A DNA stretch of 64,000 nucleotides, taken from NCBI RefSeq assembly GCF_048593235.1, contig NC_133620.1:291849765-291913764 (forward strand), read 5' to 3'. This document shows positions 28,191 to 51,999 of this stretch, piece after piece. Under the pieces are notes generated by a model, which was not told where the DNA came from, ran no database searches, and saw only the letters and a list, made by a program, of their open reading frames with translations. The translations under genes were made by a program, and so were the position numbers. The first letter of the stretch is position 1, and every line of letters begins with the position of its first letter. The stretch comes from Sminthopsis crassicaudata (lineage: Eukaryota).

Positions 28191-28759
28191 GTTCTTGCTT
28201 GATGGCCACCCCTCACCATCTTCTCCCAGGGACCTCTCTCTTCCCCTCCCCATTCACAGTATTTAAGAAATAAAGTCGGATTTTCCTGGCTTTGGTTGTT
28301 TTTATCCCTCCAAATCGCCACCTCCATTCAATCATTACTAGTCTGAGCTGTCACATTATTTTTTCATTTTACCTGATTTCCACCTGTTCCCCCCTCCCCC
28401 AATGGCCCAGTTAGTTAGTGAACTTGTTCCAAGGGGGTGGAAGTTGGGGTGAAGAAAGCAGGATGTATTTTGACTGTAGTGTTTTCCTTCTGATGGCCAT
28501 TCAGGAGAATATCTGTCCTTCTTACATTCATTTTTCTAAAGAACTTGGACATGGACATAGATATATTTTTTAAATCCTTTTATTCTTTTTTAAACAAACG
28601 GCCCCAAGGATAGGGGCCCAGGGGAAGAGGGGGGAGAGGGAAGGAGGCCCCAGCCCCACAACCCCTCCCCACCCACCCCCTTCCCCCTTATATATTTATA
28701 TCTATGTACAGGCCCCGGGGGGTGGGGTGGGGGGTGGGGTGAGGGGTGGGACAGCTCCC

Positions 28760-41099
<12,340 letters not shown>

Positions 41100-41205
41100 T
41101 CAATGCCAGATACCCACAATTTACATCATTCTTTGATCAAGGGCCCAATCTGATCATTAAACCCTCACTTTGGGATTAGGGCTGAGACTCCATCTCCCTA
41201 AAAAT

Positions 41206-41340
41206 TAATGTAGGACAGAAAGTCCTGGGCTAGCGAGGGTAGGGCAAGCTAGTCCTGAACTTTTCCTAGCCCCTCATTTCTTTGCCTCCGGTTCTTACGT
41301 ATCTATGGATGGGAGGCCACAGACACGCCTTTGTGGGAGG
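41206..41340 (-). ncRNA. SNORA38: H/ACA snoRNA SNORA38 (ACA38) in PRRC2A intron 2
   Basis: Minus strand CCTCCCACAAAGGCGTGTCT...GTAAGAACCGGAGGCAAAGAAATG...CCTACATTA. First hairpin is closed by CCTCC/GGAGG, followed by an H box (AAAGAA) and ACA three nt from the end. Resembles recalled human SNORA38 and sits in the same host intron. Confidence 0.88.
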
Positions 41341-41518
41341 TAAAATAACTCCTATCCAGAATCAGGTCTCTAATCCACTCCCCTCTTTATCCCAGGTGTA
41401 TACCTACTAAGCCCTCTGTGTTCCTTTGGCCTCCCATGTCTCTATGTTTGGATTCCCCAAAGGACCTTGATCACTCCCATCATTTCTGCCCCATCCCCCC
41501 CTACATGGAAACGTTCCC

Positions 41519-41706
41519 NNNNNNNNNNNNNNNNNNNNNNNNNNNNNNNNNNNNNNNNNNNNNNNNNNNNNNNNNNNNNNNNNNNNNNNNNNNNNNNNNN
41601 NNNNNNNNNNNNNNNNNNNNNNNNNNNNNNNNNNNNNNNNNNNNNNNNNNNNNNNNNNNNNNNNNNNNNNNNNNNNNNNNNNNNNNNNNNNNNNNNNNNN
41701 NNNNNN
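41519..41706. other. Assembly gap containing PRRC2A exon 2 (start codon)
   Basis: Minus-strand acceptor CCTGCAG|G abuts the gap. The N-terminal MSDRSG... segment is absent from the called sequence. Confidence 0.85.
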
Positions 41707-43299
41707 CCTGCAGGTAGGGTTCCAGTACCTCACTCCCTGTTCTTTCTTGCCCAACAAAGTGAAAGATATCTTGGATCCCTGGCTCATTCTTTTGCTGAAA
41801 GCCTCAGCCTTCTAACATCCTCAGAAACCCAAACAGCCAAGTTTCTTATACCTTTCAAACTCAGGCAGGGAGATCTGAATTTCAAATCCTGTTGCCTTTC
41901 AACAATTGATCTTTCTACCTGGCTTCACCCTCTGATACCACAATGAAAAGTCCCAAATAATTGGGGGGGGGGGAAGAGAAAGGGGAGTTAGAGGAGGAGA
42001 GAATAATAGCAACTTAATGAATTCATTTTAGGGATCTATGGAACATCAGGTCTCTGATTCTTTATTCCTTGGCTCTTTCCATCTCCCAGCAAATAAACAA
42101 AAACTAAAAATCCGTATTCCAGAGAAAACCAGTAAGATCACAGCTCACAAAAACAGAAATCTCAATCCAATAACTTTTCAAACTTGAACTCTCCACTTAG
42201 TTTTAAAATTCCCCAATCCTGTTTCAGGGCCTAGGACCTTAAGGCTCTATTCCCAGCATGCCTGAGGAAAGAGGGATGCTGGGAGCTTGATGATTTTATG
42301 AGTTCGCCCAGTCAGAGAAATGCTGAGGGGAACAATGTGTTCACCCACACTCTGGGGCTAAAGCATCCGTAAACTACCTACAAAACAGCCCAGGACACTG
42401 CAGACGCAGTAAGGCGTCAGCCAACTTTTGTTTTCCCAAATCCAGATGGTGATGAAACAAAGTAAGTGGCCCAGGCTGGCCCTACCACCAACCCCACAAC
42501 TTTCTCTTTTACCAAACCCCCAAATCCAGGTGGCTTGCCTATCTCCTAATCCCACTTCCCCAGATGCACCGGGACTGCCATGTGTGGAGAAAGGCAGCAA
42601 ACCTTACTTTTTGGGCCCAAGGATGGGAAGCACACTTTCTTTTTGTTAAGCTGGAGAAGGGGGAGGGAGGGGAACACTTCTCTGAGGAGAAGAATACGGA
42701 AGGTAAAATAGGATTTAAACACCCAGCACGTCTCAGGAACTTATTCCCAAAGGGGAAGGCCTGGCTTATCTCCAGAAAGGGGGGAAAGGAATGGGGGCCC
42801 ACTAACGGTGGCGACCAGCGGTGAAGGACCGAGAGGGAAAGGGAGGGGGTCTGGTTTTGTCAGAAGTAGCAAAAACGTGAGAAGGGGCAAGTAAAATGTC
42901 CCCGGGGGAGGGAAAAGTGGCTGATTAAGGCCAGGGTAGAAGAAAACACAACGTGAAAGGTTACGTTAGAGATGATGTGAGGAAAAAAGGGTGGAATGGG
43001 GGCACATGTGAAGGGGAGAGAGGCCGGAAAAGGGGCATTGTGAGGAGAAAGGCAGGGATGAGGGGCAGGGGACAGATCAATATTACCCAGGGGACCGAGC
43101 TGAGCGACTCAAAGGGGGAGAAGCAACCCGGAAGGAGGAGAAATGAAGTGACGCGGGAGGGGAGAAGCCCCAGCACGCAGGGTGAGGGCTGAGACCCAGC
43201 AAGTCAGGCGAGAAGAGTGCGAGGGGCCGGTGTACAATATGGAGGAAGGGGGTAGAGAAGGGTGATTTTGCGGAGAAAGCCATTACCTCTAGTTAAGGG

Positions 43300-44720
43300 A
43301 GATAGGGGTGCCCCAGAAGAGGGAGCGAGGGTCGCCCCGCTAGAAGCTGGGGGAGGCAAGTTATCATCCCCCAGGGAGGGGGGGAGGGGAGCAAGAAAGA
43401 GGTGGGGGAGTCCCGGGGGGAGGGGCGGCCGGACCCCAGCAGCTAAAAGAGGACAAAATGGCGGCGGCGGCTGATGGCTGCTGCTGCTTCTCTACCTCTT
43501 CCCTCCGCCGCTACCGCCGCCTCTAACCCCACTCTTTCCGTCGCAGTTGCCGGCTGCCACCCGCGCCGGGAATGAGGTGGCCGCCCCGCTGCGCGTCCCC
43601 CAGACTCACCTGGCCGGGTGTGCGGAGGTCCGGGGCCGGGGTCTAGGGCTCCCCGGGGCGGGATGGCGGCGGGGCGGGGGCGGATGGCGGCGGATGGCGC
43701 CGGCTTCGGCTCCTCCCGTCTCCCTCGCTCGCTCGGCGGCTCGGCTCCGACTAACGGCCCATCCGGGCAACCGCCACCCCCGGGAGCGCCCCCCCCAACC
43801 TCCCGCCTCCCTCCGCGCCGGGACACGCCCCCTTCATTTGCATAAAGGGTGGAGTTCCCGCCACCCGACCCCACTCTTTAATCACTGTACTGTTCGTTTA
43901 AAAAAAAAAAGGAGGAAAAAGAAAAGGCCTGGAAGAAAAAAAAAAAGGGGGGGGGGAAGCAAAAAAACTGGGACAAGCGAGAGGGAGGATGAGGAGATTA
44001 TTTGCATAAAGAGGTAGGATAAGCCGTAGCTGGGACTGTGGTTGGCTAGGGAGGCAGGCCCATCCCCAGTCGGCCGTTATGGTATGAGACGTGAGGCATG
44101 AGGCGTAAGGCGTACGGGAGAGGCGGGGCTTCGGCGCTGGTCTGCTCGCCTGTTGGTAGATGTCAAGCGTAAGCTACGGAAGAGGCAAAGGGGCGGAACG
44201 TGCGTCTTTGCGTACGCGACGGGAAGAGGCAGGATAGACGTAAGCAGCATAGCTGGAAATAGAGGCGGGACGCGTGGAACTAGTAGAGCGGTAAAGGGGT
44301 GGCAAGGAATAGTCTAATTATTAGTGTACCACCTACGTAGAATGAGATTTGTGCGGGCCTCACGATAATCTCGCGAGAGCGATGCAGACCGTGATGGGGT
44401 AGGGTTTTTAACAGGATTTTGAGAATAAAATATGCTTCGGGGATATTTACTTTTAGATTTAATGTGAAAAAATTGTTAGGAGTCAAATCCGAAGGACGAT
44501 AGGCCAACTTTCTGTGGTATTAGCATGATTCATTCTAAGCCCTGCTGCACGTAAAGATACATGCTAGAGACAATCTGTGACCCGCGCGGGTCCTCTGTCT
44601 TGTGTGTCTGAGAATGGCCTGGAATTCCGTGAGGGTCAGTGACGAGCTCGGTATTCCTGGCCTCTGGGACAGCTTTCCAGCCGCTATTTCCTGCCGCCTC
44701 TATGCCGTGTAATCAGCGGT
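43300..44720. promoter_or_regulatory. PRRC2A CpG island and promoter
   Basis: High CpG density, YY1 motif AAAATGGCGGC (43455-43465), two octamers ATTTGCAT (43836, 44000), and a perfect TCTCGCGAGA (44369-44378). Confidence 0.8.
43610..43800 (-). other. PRRC2A: PRRC2A non-coding exon 1 (5' boundary approximate)
   Basis: Consensus donor CAG|GTGAGT at 43610/43609 inside a strong CpG island. Confidence 0.75.
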
Positions 44721-46409
44721 TCTCAGCCTTTCTGGTCTCCTTTGTAGTCTTCATTATCCAGGGCAACCCTTCCGCCCCGCAGTATTTGTCTGTGTAGATT
44801 ATAGCTGGCAAGTAGTTACCCCATTGAGAGCAAGGGTCTCAAAATTGGGAAAACCATTGTTTACTTTGAATACTGCCTGAGAGTCACTGCCGTTATATAC
44901 AAGTACCTCACATAAGTGAGCTGTTTTCCCAGTGTTTGTTCAACGTACTATGTGCAGTCAGGGATGGAATGCAATATCATCTGTATGACATTATTGTTTT
45001 TGTTATTTATTTTTTTAAAAATTGAATTCCAAGTTCTCTCCCTCCAGTACCTCACTTATGTAAGGCAATGATACTCATTGTATATGTGATGTCAGGGAAA
45101 ACACATGAATCATATTTTCACATGAATCATATTACAAAAATTATAAAAAAAAACAAGAAAAATAAAGTGAAATAAATATGCTTCAATCTACGCTCCGTTC
45201 GTTGGTTCCCTCTCTGAGGGTGGATAGCATTTTTCTTTATGAGTCCTTTGAAATGATATGGTGCAGGGACAGTTAGATAGAACACCAGCCCTGAAGTAAG
45301 GAGGACCCTCATTCAAATCTTCCTCAGACATTTAATATTTACGGGCTGTGTGACCCGGGGCAAGTCATTGCCTCAGCAAAAAAAAAAAAAAAAAAAAGAA
45401 AGAAAAAAATATATATACGCCACATAATGAGAAGTAACTTCCTAGTGTGCTTAATATATTATAACAGATTTTCAAAAGATGGTCTGCAGTACTCCCTCAA
45501 CCTTATTTCATAGCTTCTCCTTTAATGCTGTGCTCCAAGCAGATAAGAGGAGTGAGTGGCCCACTCACTGTCACCGAACATTTTCTGTGATCCCACCATA
45601 GCCTGCCTGTAGAGAGTGCTGTACTTGGATGGAGAGAGGAAGAAATCTGCCAAGATGTGTAAGCATGGGCAAGTCACTCCATCTCACCAAACCTCAGGAA
45701 ACCTTTACGTTCAGTAGACTTAGTGCTCAAGAATGTTCTTACATACATTAAAGGGTACTGTAGAGGATACAAAAATAGACATGATCCAGTTCTTGCCTTA
45801 AGGGAGATATCTTCAGAATATACTTCCAGTTTTAATACAAAAAAAGTTCTCTCAATGACATCTGTACCTACCTAATCTTTGAGGTCCATCTCTACTTGTA
45901 TTACCTGCTCTGTGAAATGATCCCTGAAGTCCCTCTTCAATCCAGAGTAACCTCTACCTGCTCTGAACTCCCCAGAGCATTAATTAGCATATGAGAAGGG
46001 TCTTGTGTTATTATTACTTTAAATATATGTTAGTATCTTTTCTCATCAATCTATCAAATCAGTAAGATATAAGAAAAGGTTATTAAATGTGAAGTCAGAA
46101 GACTTCATTTGGTTCAAATGGATGAGGGCCAGTTAATACTTTCATTTTCTACCCGATCAGGTATACTTCAGAATACTTAATAAATTCCATAAGCTGAGTA
46201 GACATTCACAATATATTTTTTATCAATTGATTACCTAAGTAAAAGGGCTCTTTTACCCTATTCTAATTCTTTCCCCCATCCCAGATAAAGCAAATATTCT
46301 TAATTTTGAGGGGGATAGTATGTATTTGATTCATAGTTTGCTTTCCAGTTTCAGTGCCCAATTTTGGGGTGGAGGAAGTGAACCCCCTGAATAACCCCCC
46401 CCCATTCTC

Positions 46410-47185
46410 TCAAGTCAATTCAGAGATTGCTTTCTTGGCTGTGGGGGAGTGTGTGCGTTGGTTTCTCTTGTACTCTGTTTTTCTCCTCATACATCAGGAT
46501 CCTAAATTGGAGAATTGGAAAGATAGAAGGGTGGGAATAGGCAAGAATCTGCTTGACAAAGGAGTAAAGGGGGTCAGAAGCCAAGTGAATTAAAAAGACA
46601 CAGGTTGGGGTTTGAAAGCAACAAAGGATTTCAGAAACATGAGAGGAAATAGAATTAGTGGAAGAGAAAAGAACCCTATCTTTGTTGGGGAGAATGGACC
46701 AGAATGGGGAAGTTGTCATTGGAAGGTCTGGGGAATGGATAGAAGTAGAACTCAGAAGGTGATTCAGATGAAGAATATGGAGGATCCAGGATAGTTTATG
46801 GGAGTATGACACCTACATTTTAAGAATGGCTGATCTCTTGCCTAACATCATCCTGAGGAAATCCAGATAACAAATGGTCTCCCCGGGGCCATGTGCCACC
46901 TCTCTAATTAATTTCTTCAGTTCTAGGTAGGTCTTAGAGACTCCTAGTTTCCCCAGCATACTCTTCAGAAAAATTATATTTTCAGAGTGATTGGAAAGGC
47001 TCATACAACTTCATTTTTTTACATTTCCATGAAGTAGATTCTACTCTCCCCAGTGAATAGGGTAGAAACCCCATTCTTAGATATGTTTTTAGAAGAATAT
47101 CACTTCCTTCCACCGCTGGGAAGGGGTTGGATGGGGGTATTTACCCCAGGGTCACTGATATTCAAATCAAACTCCCTATATTTCT
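46410..47185 (-). pseudogene. AIF1: Allograft inflammatory factor 1 (Iba1) remnant: three 3' exons, disrupted
   Basis: 47185-47145 EKYREFDLNISDPG (41 nt); 46979-46817 [54 protein letters not shown] (163 nt, acceptor AA); 46501 onward ILMYEEKNRVQEKPT, with the ancestral tail AKKAISEL* in a shifted frame. Syntenic position upstream of PRRC2A. Confidence 0.85.
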
Positions 47186-48789
47186 CTGAAGAGGTTAGGA
47201 AAAAAAAAAAGAGTAGGGAGGATGAGAAGATTGCATTTATAATGGAGGACAGTAGAGACAGGAGAGACAGATTATGGCTAGAGAGTGATTGAGAGGGGTA
47301 GGGTTGGAGAAATGGGATGGGAGGTAGGAACCATTGGGAGGGGTGGGAAGGAGGGAAACAAATAGTTGTTATTGGAAATTAGGTTTGAGTGCAAAGATCA
47401 TGTAAAACAAATGCTCATATTAGCCGTGTTTTTAAAAATAGTAAATAGTAAGAAAAATAAAGTGAGAAAATTATACCTCAATTTGCATTCATCAGAGTTC
47501 ATCAGTTCTCTTTTTTGGAGAGGGATGACTTTTTTTCATGAGTCCTTTGTAATTGTCTTGGATCATTATATGATTAGAGTAACCAAGTCTTTCACAGTTG
47601 ATTGTTATTATAACATTGCTGTTATTGTGCACAATGATCTCCTGGTTCTTTTCATTTCACTTTGTATCAGATTATATAGTTCTTGCCATGTTTTTTTTCC
47701 TTGACGTCTGAGCTGCTTTTTCTATTGGGGGCTTCTTTTTACTTACATGTCACAAATGAAAGTTGGTCCTTCTGTACGGTATTACTCCCTAAGATCTAGC
47801 CCAGTTAATGAAATTTTTTAAGCAGGTAAAATAGCAAACCATTACAATTATGTTGGTTCCATTCCCAACTTCCTGCAGTAATTTATTAGTTAGGTAAATA
47901 TATAGATCCACCTCATATGTAGATTATTGTAGTTTTAATAATTATGAAATCGAAGGATGTAAATCAGAAAAGTTTCTTATATGCAAAGAAATAGGCTTCT
48001 TTTCCCTTTTCCCTTTAGCCTCCTTGAAGGAGAGCAAAGATCACACACATTTCTGAAGTTCATAGACAATAGGACAGGGGAAGAGGTTGTATATCATTCT
48101 TCAGAAAGAAAGGAATATAGAGAGATCAGAGACTTTCCAGACCCCAAGTCTGATTGCTAAACAGGATTCATAGCAGTTTATAATGTTAGTAAGAATGCTC
48201 AACTTGGAATCAGGAGGACCTGAGTTCAAATTCCTTTTCAAATACTATTTGTCAAGTAACCTCTGTGTGCCTTGGTTTCCTTACATGTAAAATAGAAAGA
48301 ATAATATCTATCTCTTATTGCTGTTTGTGAGGATGAAATGAAATATTTGTAAAAGTACTTTGCAAACTTTAATAAAGCATTATATAAATGTTAGTAATTA
48401 TAATTATTTTCATCATCATCAGTATTGTTATTTTTAGTAGTATGGTCTTTAGCAGACTTTAGGTGGCAGACTGTTATGTGGCAAATTCTCCTCATGTGAT
48501 CTGGATTAATACTAGTAATCTAGCAGGCACCCCTTTGGTCATACTTGTAGTCTTTCAAGTGTCATAAATTGACAAAAAGAGAGAATGGTCATAAACTGTA
48601 GCCAAGATCCCTTTTATAATGTTCCCTGTCATAATATTCTCTGTTACAGAGAATCTATGTGATCAAAGGACAGTGTGATTAGAACGATTTCAGAATATGT
48701 TCTTACCCTAGCCTCACTAAAATTGTTTTGGTCTTATGGAAAAACTCTTTTTAAAAATTTAATTATTAAAAATATAAATTTAATTTGCA

Positions 48790-49390
48790 GTAGCCCTTTT
48801 TGAAATGCCAAGGAACTGGAAACTGAGTGGATGCCCCTCAGTTGTTATATGAATAATACGAAATATTACTGTTCTATAAGAAATACACAGCAGGATGATT
48901 TCAGAAAGACCTGGAGAGACTTACATGAACTTATGCTAAGAGAGGTGAGTAGAACCAAGAGAACATTGTACACAGCAACAACAATATTATGCAATGATCA
49001 GTTCTGAGGGAAGTGACTATTTTCAACAGTGAGACAATTCAGGCCAGTTCTAATGGACTTATGATGGAGAGAGCCATCTGCATACAGAAAAAGGACTGTG
49101 GGAACTGAGTGTNNNNNNNNNNNNNNNNNNNNNNNNNNNNNNNNNNNNNNNNNNNNNNNNNNNNNNNNNNNNNNNNNNNNNNNNNNNNNNNNNNNNNNNN
49201 NNNNNNNNNNNNNNNNNNNNNNNNNNNNNNNNNNNNNNNNNAAATGTGTATAGAATAATAGCACATAAGGGGAAAGGAAGGAGAAAAAAATTTGGAACAT
49301 AAGGTTTGGCAAGGGTGAATGCTGAAAACTATGCATATGTTTTGAAAATAAAAAGCTAAAAAAAATAAAATATTTATTTTTGCATGCATC
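48790..49390 (+). mobile_element. Marsupial L1 3' end (gapped)
   Basis: GGAACTGGAAACTGAGTGGATGCCC...GACTGTGGGAACTGAGTGT...GAAAATAAAAGCT, the same 3'UTR motifs as the L1 at 59.2-60.0 kb. Confidence 0.75.
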
Positions 49391-51999
49391 CATAATCTGG
49401 CACTTCNNNNNNNNNNNNNNNNNNNNNNNNNNNNNNNNNNNNNNNNNNNNNNNNNNNNNNNNNNNNNNNNNNNNNNNNNNNNNNNNNNNNNNNNNNNNNN
49501 NNNNNNNNNNNNNNNNNNNNNNNNNNNNNNNNNNNNNNNNNNNNNNNNNNNNNNNNNNNNNNNNNNNNNNNNTTTCATCATAGTACAACAATAACAAAAA
49601 GTCCACATGGATAGTCCAACAACAACAAAAAATTTCTACGTTTATGTATCTGAAAATTTTTCTACATTTTAATTTCATCTATGTGATAGGAGGTGAGTGG
49701 CATGTTTCATCTTCAGTCCTCTGGAATTGTGGTTTATCTTTGCATTGATTCCAAAGTTTTCAAAGTTGTTTTCTTCTACAATTTTGTTGTCATTGTATAA
49801 ACTGTTTTTCTAGATCTGTTCACTTTGATTTGCATTAGTTCATTGAGGTCTTCCCAGATTTCTCTAAAACGGTTTTATTATTTTTTATATCACTAATATT
49901 CCATTATGTTCTCATACCATAATTTACTTAGCCATTCCCCAATAAGATATTCCTTCATTTTCTAATTTTTGGCTACTATGAAAAGAACTTTTATACACAT
50001 TTCTTTTTACATATAGATTTTTTTCCCCTGTATTACTTCAATTTCTAAAGAGTATATGCCTATTTTTGTTTTCTTTTTCAGTTTTTTCCTTTTTGATCTG
50101 ATTTTCCTTGTGTAACATGATAATTGTATAAATATTTTTAATAACTAAATTTTTTACAAGAGTCTTTCCATAAGACCAAAATAATTTTAGTGAGGCTAGG
50201 GTAGAACATATTCTGAAATCGTTCTAATCACACTGCCCTTTGATCATATAGATTCTCTGTAACAGAGAATATTATGACAGGGAACATTATAAAAGGGATC
50301 TTGGCTACAGTTTATGACCATTCTCTCTTTTTGTATAAATATTGTACATATAGTTATATATACGTGTGTATGTATATATTTATTTACAACCATATATATG
50401 TATGTTTGTATATTATACATGTATATATGTATATAAGTGAACTTATCTATAGTAGTCAAAATTTTTTCATTTGCTGTAACTGATGAATGGTTTATTGCTG
50501 GTTGGTGAAGAACCTGTGTTTTCTTGGTGTTAATTGTTAGGCCAAAATTTGTACAAGCAACACAGAATCAATCCCACTTTGTTACATTTTAGTTTCAGAA
50601 GCTGAAATGAGTCAACAATCATGTGAACAAAAAAATCAAATACCAACTCTCTCTGTACTTTAATCTTTGCCTGTAGTCTTTTCAAGTTAAATAATTTAAA
50701 TTAACATATTTTTAAAAACATGTTTGACATATATTGGATTACTTGCCATCTTGGGGAAGGAGTGAGGGGAAAAGAGGGAAAAATTTGCAACACAATGTTT
50801 TGCAAGGGTCAATATTGAAAAAATATCCATGTTTTGAAAATAAAAAGCTGCAATAAAAATAAAAATTTTTGAAAAGAGTATATGCTAATAATGACATCAT
50901 TATGTCAAAAAACTTGCACAACTTTCATGGGCATAGTTTGAAATGACTTTCTAGAATGGCTACATCATTTCAGAATTCCACCAGTACAATACAGCAATGT
51001 ACATGTTTTCCTACAGTCCCTTCGACATTTATCATTGCCTTCTATCATCTTTGCAGTGTGTATGAGTGACTGTGGCTTAATTTGCATTTTTATTAATGAT
51101 TTTTGATACTTTGGGTTTCATCTTTCATCCTGTTCGTATATTTTGACCATTTATCAAATGAGGAATGAGTCTTAGTTTCATAAAATTTTATCAATTCCCT
51201 TAGTATTCTATCTAGGAGACCTCAATTAAAGAAACTTGTTGCATAGATTTTTCCCTCCATATATCTGTTTCTTTTCTAATTTTAACTACTACATTAAATT
51301 TGTTTGGATAAAAACTTTAAAATTTTATGTAATCAAATTTGACAATTTAATCTTGTGTGATCTTTTTTTTTTTTTTTTTTTTACTTATTAGTCACAAACT
51401 CTTCTATCCATAAAGTCTGAAAGGTAATTTCTAACTTGCTCCTTTAATTAATTTATGTTACCTAAATCTATTTGGAGCTTCTCTTGGTAAATGATATGAG
51501 GCCTGATGTAAACCCAATTTCTTTCAAAGTGCTGTCCAGTTTTCCCTGCAATTTTTTAACTAAAGAGACCTTGATAGTGGAAAGATTTAGAGGCAATCAA
51601 GACAAGGCAAAATTCCTCTAGATTATAAAAGCAAAACTATTGGTGAAGAAAAGTAGGGAATAGGGACATGACAGCCTGATCTTATGTAGTCAGTGAGATA
51701 TTTGTGTTCTTAGCACAATGCCTGCCCTATAGTAGATACTATATAAATATTTATTTCCTTCCCACTCTCTGCCTCCTCCTCAATATCCAGTGGTAAGAAT
51801 TTGATTGGAGTAACTCTTACACTGAGGGTCTTTGGGAGAATTGTATTCCTAACCAATCCAGGACCATAAAGGTTCAGAAGGTCAGATGAATTTTTGGCTA
51901 CTGAGATAACTTAATTAGTTGATTAGGAGATCAACCATTTAATTAGATGGGTAGAAAGATGGTGACATATTTGTTCATTTCAAACTGAAGAAGGAACCA

